Source of the DNA: Laetmonice hystrix
Lineage: Eukaryota
Length of the DNA: 64,000 nucleotides
Assembly: GCA_965235115.1 (NCBI GenBank)
Contig: OZ249436.1
Location: 48,734,001 to 48,798,000 of the forward strand
Direction: 5' to 3'
Every line of letters starts with the position of its first letter. Positions within the stretch are counted from its first letter, which is position 1. A program made the translations under genes and the position numbers. Below are positions 34,501-46,334 of this stretch, piece after piece. The notes under the pieces are model-generated. The model made no database searches. It was not told the DNA's origin and worked only from the letters and a program-made list of their open reading frames with translations.

Positions 34501-37500
34501 GAGACAGGGAAGTCTCTAAAACAGAAAAACGATGGAGACCAGCACACTGAGGATGAGCAGATGGAACTTAACCCCAGCTATACAGAGAACATCAGTGACA
34601 GAGAAAAAGAGGCGGAAATGGTTATCATGCCAAGGCGACTTGGAAGGAAGAAGCAGCGGGAAAGTAAAGCAGACCAGCTTCGGTTTAGAGACCTGTTTTG
34701 TGACCGGAGCATGTTGAAGCATACAGTCGTATCAATGTTACTGTGGTGAGTGATATTTTTACAGATTCTGTGGTGTTGGCCACCTGTAGACCTACGCAAC
34801 ATTGAATCCGGAAAGACGTGTGCCCCCTTGACGTAACAACCCCCACTAATTGTGAAATAAAACAGGCCCTAATTATACATAAACCTGATACAAAATTAAT
34901 TATGAAAAACCTCGACACATGTGCTACGGGAAGAGCTGTCCTGAAGCCTTCGAAGAGTAAATTTTTCAAGCGGAACAAATAATACACGCCTCAACTGTCG
35001 CTTGCGATATGCATATTTCAAAATTCCACCCACCCTACCCCATCCTATTTATAAATATTCGACATTGTGTCTCATATTGCGGAGGACTAATTGTTATTAA
35101 ATACATTCCTGGTTATAAAAATGGTCTTTCTGCTTCCCGTACGGTGGCTTCCTGGTTATGAAAATGGTCTTTCTGCTTCCCGTTCGTAGGAATAAGACTT
35201 CTAACCATAGGCCCCTATTGTGCGCCACGAAAACTGTTTGCCTCCCCCCCCCCCCCCATTTTGTCAGCCAGAAAAATGTCTAACTCGTTTGCCTAATTTT
35301 TTCTTATATATTTGAAATCTACAGCACCTTCTCTATCTAGGACTTGGTGGATTTCTCTTGATTTCCACTTTAAACCAGGCAACTACCGTGACAGGCAGCG
35401 GGTACACATTCAGGGGTGTTCCTACAACTATCGAACCTGACGTATATTTTACTTAAAAATAGCAGATTACCAAAACAACAAGGTCGCTACGGATTGTAAA
35501 ACGTACCAATCTTACACTGAAGCGATTAAAACTAAGAAAAAGGGGTGAAACAGGAAAAGGGCTGCATGAGGAACGGCTCTGTACGATCTATAGACCACCC
35601 AAACGTAAATGGGGATTGACGTGGGAACGATTTTGCAGTGACGTGAAAGTCCGTACTAGCCACACAGAGATTGAGACCCCGGATGTTGGGTTATTTATCC
35701 AGTAGCCTACGTATGTTTTGGCTGTACGTGTAGTTCTGGGCTTACGTTTATAATTTAGGCCTATAGAAGAAAAGCGCAGACTGCACTGTAAACCCTATTT
35801 GACCAAATGACATGAATCTTTTAAGTTCAAACAGCTGTGCAAGTGGGTCAAGAGAAAACATGAGAAACCTCGAGAACAGCCGGCTTTGGTCCTGACGTGT
35901 CGTAACATGATCTCGTCACTTTAGCATTACGACTCCATAGGAGCCGGCAACTCTCAACTTCTAAATATTATTTTTACATGGTTAGGGCGCTGTCATTCTT
36001 GTAACTTACGTATGAAAGAATTACATTTCATGTCTTAGATGAAATGTAAGATTGACAAAAATCTGGTCGATGTTTGAATGTGTGTTTCTCATCCTATGTT
36101 AGACCAATGACGAAATCGTAACGTCCCAATCGTTTAGGGACCAAAGTGACGCGTTTCGAGGTTATTTCTGCTCATTTACATGTCAAGGACATGAGACTTA
36201 CACGCCCTATTCAGTCAGCAAAACGTTTTTCGAATATTGAATTCAAATAACTCAAATTTGTTAAGGCATACAAACTTGCTTTAAAGTTAAACGTCGCGTA
36301 GGAATTATTCTTTCGCTACTCGACACGCTCTGGTGGATATGGACTTTAGTGCGAGAATGATTCGCTCAATATGAACGCGTACACGTCTCTGATCTTATCA
36401 GATGTGTCGACACAAGTTGTGTCGGACGAGCAGTGTGAACCCCACCTAAGGTATTCACCAGAGCGTGTCGAGAAGCGAATCATCCCAAAACAGTCACTAG
36501 GTGGCGTCGCAGACGGTCAAGCTGCTGTTTTAACCCAAAAATGGGTAAAGTCAACTTACCAGTAGACCTCATCAAGTAGTGAGACCTGGCCAAAGGTTTG
36601 GTACCGAGAAACGCGTATTTTTTTCATAGTGTGCACAGATTTTCATTGCGGCATTTGCGCCCCCCTGGTGCACTGACTGTGGACTATGTCGGCAAGCGAG
36701 CGTTCAGATTGAAGTTACGCGACGTAAGTAGTCTACCGACACACCCATGCCCCCAATTTACCCGAAGTAACTCGGGGGTTACGCGACGTAAGTTATGTCG
36801 GACGAGTGCGTTCATACAGGTGGCCACCCGAAACAGCGGGTATAGGTGTCGGAACAAGCCGCGGAACACACGGGGTAATATGATTGATACACGTTGATTC
36901 TGTAACTCTAATATGATGTAAATGTCATGGGCGTCGAATGCTTCGAAAATGGGGGGGGGGGGGAATCCAGGATTTTTTTTGCAGGGGGAGGGGGCAGAAG
37001 GTTCCCGCGCCGAGGGGGCCCCTCCGAATGAAAATGTTTGGGAATATAAAAGGCCATATGCTATTTCCCGGCTTCTGAGCATCAAACTAAATTGAGTTTT
37101 CGGTGCCGAGCTTTTGGCCAAAATTAATGTATTAATGAGGGGGGGGGGATTCAGGGGCCCCCTTAGATTTTCCTTGTTTGTACGAAGATGCATTCATACG
37201 GTCACAATTATTTTTTTGGTGGGCCCCACCCCCTTATCAAAATCCTAGATCCCCCAAGGATTAATGAATGTTTATTGGAAAGAGAGGGGGAAATGGCCGA
37301 GATCCACGCCTGGGGACATTCCCTATCCAAAGCATGCAACTGAAACATGTTGTCGGTGCAGATGGACCAGTTGTCGAGGAAAGAGCGGGGGAGGGGGGGG
37401 GGGCTTGCCTGCCACAAGCATTTGACAATTAGGCCTAATTAAAATGATGTGCACTACCAATTCAGACACAGCAATTACTGGTTTAAAGTAAAACGATGAG

Positions 37501-40500
37501 AAATATAGGCCTATACGTTTGATATCTAGCATAAGCCTATCTAGTGTTGTGATGCAGCCAAGAATTTTATTCCGTATACTATTATATGAACAGAAATTCA
37601 CAAACTCACTGATTTTCACCCCTGGCTTGGCATTTCAATTAACCAAGAAGACGTACAACGTCATGCCAACATGTCGGACCGTTCCAAGCGCTTACTGCTA
37701 GTGAATCAGACCCCTGGTCGCGGGCATCATCCCTGCTGTCCGCTGAACCCGCCAGGGGTTGGCTTATCACTCTGAATAGAAAAAGTGGGAGGGGGGGTAA
37801 TCGATATGCTGCCCCCCCCCCCGCCTGTATAAAAAGTGGGGGGGGGGGGGGGCACGCCCCCCTGTCCATACCTTTCGACGCCCGTGGTGAATGTATTGAT
37901 CGACGTTGAATCTAAAAAACACGTCGGCCAAACGTTGATATAACTTACGAGTGGGAGTAACACAGGATATTAGGCCTACCTTTTATATCCAATCTCATGA
38001 TATTAACACCGAGGTAAATGGACAAGGGTTCTTTTCTCCTGACAACTCGATATCATTGACTTTTGTAGGTTCGCAAACAGCATTGTTTATTACGCCCTCA
38101 TCTTGAGCACACCAACTCTCGCTGGCAATCGTTACGTTAATTTCCTGATGAGCGCCTTGGTGGAAATACCAGCATACATTTTGACATATATACTTTGCTT
38201 TAAGTGAGTATATTTACGTCTCACTATACTTAAAGGGGCACAATTTTTCGACTGATCTTATATGATAGCATAAATACGTCCGAAATAAATATCCCTACCC
38301 TGAAAATAGCGTTGATTGGCCTGTAATCAAGCCACAGGCAGCCCCAAAGTGAATTTCAGTGTACATCGAACTTCAGTATAGTTAAACATTGTAGGGGGGC
38401 CCTAAGTGACCCCGTTGGAAGTTGTATGCTTCTAACCATAATATCGGGTGTCCCCAAAAAATTGTTTAAACCGCTTTTTGACAAATGTTTTCTTAGTGAT
38501 AGATAAACCGAATTCTTTGAAATATAAACTGCAAAATATCTAAAAGATCGGACGGAAATTATGCGAGTACTTTCAAATTCAAAATCTTATAAGGACAACA
38601 ATGATGCATCGTGTTCAACTGAACACGAACCAGCATTTTGCTACTCTGTGCAATAGCTGTACAAGCTGACTGTGTTAGCCGTACAAGCTGACTGTGTTTA
38701 CACAATACTCTGTGCAATAGCTGTACAAGCTGACTGTGTTAGCCGTACAAGCTGACTGTGTTTACACAATACTCTGTGCAATAGCCGTACAAGCTGACAG
38801 TGTTTACACAATACTCTGTGCAATAGCCGTACAAGCTGAAGTGTTTACACAATACTCTATGCAATAGCCGTACAAGCTGACTGTGTTTACACAATACTCT
38901 ATGCAATAGATGTACAAGCTCACTGTGTTTACACAATACTCTATGCAATAGATGTACAAGCTCACTGTGTTTACACATTACTCTATGCAATAGATGTACA
39001 GGCTCACTGTGTTCTGAAACTAATTCTTGAAGAAACGTCTTGTTTTCAGAGCAGGCCGCCGTTTGTCAACGTGTGTGTTTCATGTACTTGCCGGGATCTT
39101 CCTTGTTTTAGCCACGGTTATTCCCCCTCAAACAGGTTTGTTTGCTTGCCTTGTTCAGGGGCGTAGGAAGCTCTTTTTGAAGTAGGCATATGGTAAATCT
39201 TTGACCTCTTCCGAGTCAACATTCGTTCCTTTGAAACATAAATGATGAATATAAAAATATAAATGAAAACTATAAATACAATATAAGTGTATGTCAATGA
39301 AAATATAAATGATAAAGATAACTCCGAATGCCGAATGGGAATATTATAGCTAGGCCTGTAGATGTTTTTATTGTGAGATATTGCTCTGGGATCTATGGAG
39401 GGTTTACGTTTGGCCTGTGATATATCCTAAATTGCGTGTACGATATACAATAACTCCTCTTTGGTTCAATATAGCTGATCCCATGCATCTTTCTTGTCCT
39501 TGTTTAACTTCTTAATGATGAAGCACCATGAGCCATGATTTTATCCCTTTATTTTCTTTCTTTCTTTTTAATTGATTGATTGATTGAGTTATCTACAGAC
39601 TCGGGGGTGGATCTTGGTCCACTGGTAACCACTATGGCACTCCTGGGTAAATTCTCCATAAGTGTGTCCTTTGCCGTCATCATACTGTACACCAAGGAGC
39701 TCTTTCCTACTAATCTCAGGTGAGCCACAACCTTTGAGATTAGTACTGATCTGTACTAATTTTACATGTTTTTATGTGTATATTTTGTTATTATTTACGA
39801 TCTTTAACCAGGGTTACCCACTCGGCTATAGGTGCCATTACAAATGTGGGCTCCTGGGGTACAGTACTAAAATACATTCAAAGCCAGTGGCGGATCCAGG
39901 GGGGCCCACCCGGCCCACACCCCTATTTTCCAAACTTTAGCCTATTTTCTACGTTTCATGCTTAAAAATAATGGAATTTCGTTGAAAAATTTGGGAGAAA
40001 TTTCTACTCTACATGTTCAGAAAACGCGTCTCCGACGTTCCTGAAAGAAATTCTGGGGTAGGACCCCCATACCCCCCAAAAGGGCCACTGATTATCCATC
40101 ACAAGGTGGGCCCCCCTTTTTTGAAATCCTGGATCACCCACTGAAAGCATATACCACATACACGGTACTCACACTCATATAAGTGATTGTGGATGTGATT
40201 TGGTACCCTCCTACATGTCATTGTGGACGTGATTTGGTAACCTCTCTACATGTTATTGTGGACGTGATTTGGTACCCTCTCTACATGGTATTGTGGACGT
40301 GATTTGGTACCCTCTCTACATGTTATTGTGGACGTGATTTGGTAACCTCTCTACATCTTATTGTGGACGTGATTTGGTACCCTCTCTACATGTTATTGTG
40401 GACGTGATTTGGTACCCTCCTACATGTTATTGTGGACGTGATTTGGTACCCTCCTACATGTTATTGTGGACGTGATTTGGTACCCTCCAACATGTTATTG

Positions 40501-43242
40501 TGGACGTGATTTGGTAACCTCTCTACATGTTATTGTGGACGTGATTTGGTAACCTCTCTACATGTTATTGTGGACGTGATTTGGTAACCTCCTACATGTT
40601 ATTGTGGACGTGATTTGGTAACCTCCTACATGTTATTGTGGACGTGATTTGGTAACCTCTCTACATGTTATTGTGGACGTGATTTGGTAACCTCTCTACA
40701 TGTTATTGTGGACGTGATTTGGTAACCTCTCTACATGTTATTGTGGACGTGATTTGGTAACCTCCTACATGTTACTGTGGACGTGATTTGGTAACCTCTC
40801 TACATGTTATTGTGGACGTGATTTGGTAACCTCTCTACATGGTATTGTGGACGTGATTTGGTACCCTCTCTACATGTTATTGTGGACGTGATTTGGTACC
40901 CTCCTACATGTTATTGTGGACGTGATTTGGTAACCTCCTACATGTTATTGTGGACGTGATTTGGTAACCTCTCTACATGTTATTGTGGACGTGATTTGGT
41001 AACCTCTCTACATGTTATTGTGGACGTGATTTGGTACCCTCTCTACATGTTATTGTGGACGTGATTTGGTACCCTCTCTACATGTTATTGTGGACGTGAT
41101 TTGGTACCCTCTCTACATGTTATTGTGGACGTGATTTGGTACCCTCTCTACATGTTATTGTGGACGTGATTTGGTAACCTCCTACATGTTATTGTGGACA
41201 TGATTTGGTAATGTCTCTACATGTTATTGTGGACGTGATTTGGTACCCTCTCTACATGTTATTGTGGACGTGATTTGGTAACCTCCTACATGTTATTGTG
41301 GACGTGATTTGGTACCCTCTCTACATGTCATTCTGGACGTGATTTGGTACCCTCTCTACATGTCATTGTGGACGTGATTTGGTACCCTCTCTACATGTCA
41401 TTGTGGACGTGATTTGATAACCTCTCTACATGTTATTGTGGACGTGATTTGGTACCCTCCTACATGTTATTGTGGACGTGATTTGGTAACCTCCTACATG
41501 TTATTGTGGACGTGATTTGGTAACCTCTCTACATGTTATTGTGGACGTGATTTGGTAACCTCCTACATGTTATTGTGGACGTGATTTGGTAACCTCTCTA
41601 CATGTTATTGTGGACGTGATTTGGTACCCTCTCTACATGTTATTGTGGACGTGATTTGGTAACCTGTCTACATGTTGTTGTGGACGCGATTTGGTACCCT
41701 CTCTACATGTTATTGTGGACGTGATTTGGTAACCTCTCTACATGTTATTGTGGACGTGATTTGGTACCCTCTCTACATGTTATTGTGGACGTGATTTGGT
41801 AACCTCTCTACATGTTATTGTGGACGTGATTTGGTACCCTCCTACATGTTATTGTGGACGTGATTTGGTACCCTCCTACATGTCATTGTGGACGTGATTT
41901 GGTACCCTCTCTACATGTTATTGTGGACGTGATTTGGTACTTTCAGAGGAACCAGCGGAGGTATCTGTAACATCCTCGGAAGAGCAGGAAATATGGCGGC
42001 TCCGTTTGCAGTATACGCGGTGAGCACAGTCAAAGAAAGCCGATCATTCTTTTTGTAATCAAGATAGCAACATGAGTGATTCTAGTTTAGTGAATTAGTT
42101 CCTCTCAGCTGCTCGATATATCGGGTGTCCCAGAAAAAGTGAACCGCTTTTTGACAAGTATTTTCTCAGTGATAGGTAAACCGAATTCATTGAAAGTTTT
42201 CACACAGTAACCTTAGGGTATCATCAACAAGTCTGCAAAATATCTAAAAGATCGGACGGAAATTATGGGAGTATTGTCAAATTCAAAACAACATGTCAAA
42301 AAATCTGATATCAAAACTGTGCAATCTGACCATCACCATCATGTTCATGGATTATGCTATATGGAACTCTCTGAAGGAGAAAGTTTACCGGGCACTGAGA
42401 GACAATTGACCCCGGCAGCGTTAAAGGACAGGATAATTATGTCATAGGAGAAGATATCGGTGGAAGAAATACGTAAAAGCATTCCTGTTTGGAAGGAACG
42501 GCTTCCTTTATTCGTGAAGGAAGATGAAGCTTTTTGACATGCTGTTTTGAATTTGACAATACTCGCATAAGTTCTGTTAGATCTTTTAGATATTTTGCAG
42601 ACTTGGTGATGACACCCTAAGGTTATTGTGGGAAAATTTTCAATGAATTCGGTTTATCTATCACTGAGAAAATACTTGTCAAAAAGCGGTTCACTTTTTC
42701 TGGGACACCCGATATATGGTTGACAGATTTCCCTGTCGACTTTTGTTGCTTTCAAAACGTTTGAAAAGTTCTATTAAAAAGGCACACTGCCAAAAATATT
42801 AAAAACTGCTATTCCTAAAAGCACAAGTCCCGGAAAAGGGACAATTCTAAAAGTCAAGTAAACTACAAAAGGTGTAGCACCGTTACCTCAATGGTGTTTA
42901 GCAATGTATCCCTTTCAAAGTTAGTGATATTACATTGATTAGTGATATTGCATGCATGCCAGATGATTAAGGAAACTTGTTTGAAGAATCCCATGAAGTT
43001 AAACTTTCCTTTGGTATGTAAATTGTGTTATCCAGGCGAAGACCATGGCGTGGCTGCCGAGTCTGATTCTGTCCATCATCTCGATCACGGTTGGCGTCAT
43101 TGCGCTGACACTGCCCGAGACTCGCGACTGCGTCCTGCCCCAGGATATCCAGGATGTCCATGATATGTATCGTCCTCCAGACAAACGTAGGAGGTCCAGT
43201 GTCGCCGTGACGTCCATATACCGCAAGCCTCAAGGAATCTGA
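25592..43242 (+). CDS. SLC22-family (MFS) organic cation/anion transporter, about 580 aa
   Basis: Frame-consistent GT-AG exons: 25592-25718, 27490-27689, 32702-32932, 33820-34016, 34380-34745, 38069-38203, 39050-39135, 39599-39719, 41947-42019, 43036-43242 (1743 nt). Signatures: MDIDEALAKVGGYRRW, Cys-containing first loop, TIVTEWDLVC, DKIGRK, LPESPLWL, AGRR, ELFPTNLRG, LPET. Specific SLC22 orthologue not assignable. Confidence 0.93.
26187..26546. mobile_element. MITE built from three ~112-bp units with six TGACGTCA palindromes
   Basis: gtgacgtcattaagtcgtaataacgagttaatgacgtcac x3 (about 26236, 26348, 26461); terminal IR ggtgatctcgaaattgccact / agtggtaatttcgagatcacc. Confidence 0.7.
26796..26998. 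mobile_element. ~200-bp hairpin MITE
   Basis: ttaagccgctttcacatgcacacggtttgc ... gcaaaccgtgtgcatataaaagcggcttaa. Confidence 0.8.
27762..28288. mobile_element. Near-perfect palindromic Kolobok-like MITE
   Basis: ~240-bp arms (27762-28001, 28049-28288) with only a few mismatches, ~47-bp loop, TTAA on both sides, AGGG...CCCT termini. Confidence 0.9.
28554..28871. mobile_element. hAT-like MITE with G/C tracts
   Basis: cagcggtgtcggaa ... ttccgacactcctg; flanks caaagtt / caaagtg. Confidence 0.6.
28957..31638. mobile_element. 2.7-kb foldback element with internal 150-bp tandem repeats
   Basis: Left arm ~28957-30059 and right arm ~30291-31638 are reverse complements; 4 (left) and 5 (right) copies of a ~150-bp unit containing aagatggcgtccaagatggccgcca; ~230-bp unique spacer. 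Confidence 0.9.
31704..32559. mobile_element. Tc1/mariner-like MITE (TA target)
   Basis: ta|tatcgggtggataaaaaaaacgccccgaactttaaac ... gtttaaagttcggggcgtt...atccacccgata|ta; long imperfect TIRs. Confidence 0.85.
38640..39012. repeat. ~42-bp minisatellite
   Basis: (gtgtttacacaatactct(g/a)tgcaatag(cc/at)gtacaagct(g/c)act)n, about 9 copies with two shortened units. Confidence 0.9.
39885..40143. mobile_element. CAGTGGCGGATCC-type MITE with 5-bp TSD
   Basis: aaagc|cagtggcggatccagg ... cctggatcacccactg|aaagc. Confidence 0.75.
40187..41940. repeat. 33/35-bp minisatellite, about 50 copies
   Basis: (ttgtggacgtgatttggta(c/a)cct(ct)ctacatgtta)n running right up to the acceptor tttcag at 41941-46. Confidence 0.97.
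42119..42714. mobile_element. Tc1/mariner-like MITE (TA target); truncated copy at ~38442-38590
   Basis: ta|tatcgggtgtcccagaaaaagtgaaccgc ... gcggttcactttttctgggacacccgata|ta; ~180-bp TIRs. Confidence 0.88.
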
Positions 43243-43555
43243 TGTGCTGAAAACCTATCTTAACAGGTTAATTAATTATACCTCGGTGGCAAAGCTCTTC
43301 TCTAAAACAGTATCAATTTATACCTCGACCGTAGGTACAAACGAGACCAGTTTCTCGGTTAGGATAGCCGGGCGGTGTATGAAAGAAACTATGAGACTTG
43401 TATGTATTGAAAGTAAAAAATAAATTTAATCTAATGCTTCAGTAATCTTAATAAATGAGTTGAGTGAGAATATTTAAAGTGTTTTGTCCCGCGCCTACGC
43501 CACTTAATATTCTGGTGAGCGCCAATCGCCATTATATAGCTCCACTCTACTTTAA

Positions 43556-43995
43556 AGGTAGGGTAAACACCCACGGCAAGTAAGGTTTCGTAGACCAAAT
43601 GTAACACCAGCATTTACCTCAGGGCAATAAATGACACATTTACGTTGTCTGAATGAAGTAATTAACGTGTAACTGCCCGATGTGTGACGCAACTGGTTCC
43701 GCTTGTGTGTTCAACACCTCGGACGTTTACAAACGTTGGGACTCCAAACATTGTGTAGACAAGGTCTGTGAGCAGAGTAACACGTAATGTTACGCAATAC
43801 ACTGCGGTGTGCAGCATTCGGCTCTGATGAACACACAAGAAGGTCAAGGTCAGAACCAGCGGCGTCATACATCGGGCGGTTACACGTTAATTACTTCATT
43901 CAGACAGCGTAATTGTGGCATTTATTGCTCTGAGGTAAATGCTGGTGTTTCGTTTTGCCTACGTGCCCATTTTGCCGTGGGTGTTTACCCTGCCT
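43556..43995. mobile_element. Kolobok-like MITE; related partial copy at ~52457-52750
   Basis: TTAA|aggtagggtaaacacccacggcaa ... ttgccgtgggtgtttaccctgcct|TTAA. Confidence 0.85.
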
Positions 43996-45582
43996 TTAAA
44001 GGGACTCCGTCAATTCCTCCAAATATGAAACGTACCTTTCATCCTTAGCAACATGATATTTAAATATGGCGATCAAAAAATGGAAACAAATGTACATAGG
44101 AATATTACAAGTTCAGTCGTCCGAGCACTGTCCGTGGAGTTTACAAACCACCGCCATGGCAAACCGGCTTGGCTGCGTGGAGCGAAGGAAGGCAATTACC
44201 GATGGCACACGCTGCTCCGTATTACAACTACATGCGCAGTCGTTTTGATTACGAGATTACAGGTAGGCTGTTAAAAATACGAGAGTGGTTCGATTTTGTG
44301 GCTTTTAATTTGCCGATTAAGCGTAGGCAGTCAATCAAATATTGTTGAATATTACCCGAAAGTACACACTATCTAACGAAGGTGGTTTTCGATGGATTAA
44401 TGTCCTTCAGAGCACATAACAGCACAGAGAAACCATGTAAATATTGCCTCGCATATTGTTACAAGGATGGACTGCTGCACGTTCCTTATAATAGGCCTAC
44501 ATTAATAACAAGATATCGCAGATACACAACAATGGCTTTGTCGTGACCGGCTCCGGTGGCGGTCGATGACTTCATCTGTACTGTTGTGAGGAAAACTACT
44601 TCTTCAGGATATCGTCTGGATGTTATCATTTGTATGGTGTCATTGATACACATGACAAGCAATATGATTTAGAAATATGAACATAAATAATAATTTGTAA
44701 GAGAGGGATATATATTGAAATAATGGTGCTATTGTGTAGAGGCACACATTGGTGTACATACATAGGGTGCTGGCCGACCCCGCCCCCAGGCAGGGATGAA
44801 CATGGCCATGCAGACACGTACATGCGGAGCGGAGCACTGACCACGGACCGACCGAGACACACACATCCATCCTGACTCAATCAGCAACATTTCCGCTCCT
44901 CATTCAGGATATGGGAATAAAACGTGGATATAAGTTCTTGGATCATCAAAACCCGATCTTGGATTTTGTTGTGTTTGGGCCAATAGTGCAATAGTAGGCC
45001 TACCTCTCAACGACAAAAGGTGCTACAGCTAGCTTCCCTAAAAACATTTCACGGTGGAGAACGACTTTATTTGATAATCAATCAACATCCACGCAAACCG
45101 CGCATTTACCATCATCACTCTCAGCCTAGATAAACACCACTTACAACTTCACAAACTATTCACACCCACACACACCCCAACACACTATAATCTGTGAATA
45201 TATACAACTGGCCCTCGAGTAACATATACCATTTATAGGATGACAAGGACACTTAAAACAATCAGAGACTATCTCTCATGTAAGTTACTCCAAAATTCAG
45301 ACATGGGCAGTTAGGTTAGATATAAGGCCTTAATATAACAATGTACTCACAGAAATGGAGAAATCTCATGAAATGCAACATTCCAGTTGCTTATCGCTAT
45401 GAAGCGAACCTCTTATGGCTGGTTGTTGACCTGGCATTGACTTGAACAGCCAATGAAATCCATCGGTTCATCGCCCTTGCTTGATCCTCATACCCCCTCC
45501 CACGGACACCTATAGAATTTGTTCCCCCAATCGTTCTCTCGCCCCTGCGTCTAGCTGTAAAATTTCTTATGACATAAGTAAA

Positions 45583-45794
45583 AGGCCTTGTCCACTGAGC
45601 TTGCGGCTGTGCGATTTTCCTTGCGACGCCCATGCGATTTTGATATCACCCTTTTATTTTACTATAAATTTGAGATTAAAGGATGGAACCCATTTCCTGA
45701 AACGGAGAAGGCCAGCCAGAAAAGATTTCAGAGTGAAATTCCACCATTAAATCAAAAATCGCATGACCGTCGCAAGCTCAGTGGACAGGGCCCT
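45583..45794. mobile_element. Small MITE (Harbinger-like)
   Basis: ggccttgtccactgagcttgcg ... cgcaagctcagtggacagggcc. Confidence 0.7.
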
Positions 45795-46334
45795 AGTGAC
45801 AAGGTTATTACAGGCACCACTTAAACGGTTACTGCCTCACTGCTAAGTATAAGGATGTTTCAGTTTGGGGGGGATATGGATAGATGTATAAAAAGTGCAC
45901 CTCCATACTAAATTTCAGCTTGATGGGAGATATATTGTTATTGGTTACATTATTTTAAAGTATTTTAGGTTATGCAGGACGTGAGTAATGTTGGAAAGGT
46001 CTTATATTGTCATAAATACAGATGAAATAAATTAGAAAACGCATGCATATTCTAAACAACGGAAGCAAGATTTACCGAGAAAATAGTAATAAAAAGAACA
46101 GAGACATGATAGTAATATTCAGGAGCTCCAAAACCATTGCGTCTGTGACGTGAGTAATGGTTATTATGCACGTCATGCTTCCAAATCATTTTAAGCTATG
46201 GACACCAACACATTTACTGTAATTGGGGTTTCCATTTTTATACATTAAGTATTAGAGGTGAGTAACAATAAGTTCCGGCTAACACAAATAGGTAACTGCC
46301 CAAACATTCTTCAACGCTGGGTAAGTCGATACGC

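Noticed and set aside
40187..41940. Tandem arrays (also 38640-39012, 53291-53609, 54326-54840) as CRISPR arrays
   Set aside because: Units are contiguous with no unique spacers, no cas genes, eukaryotic context; they are minisatellites.
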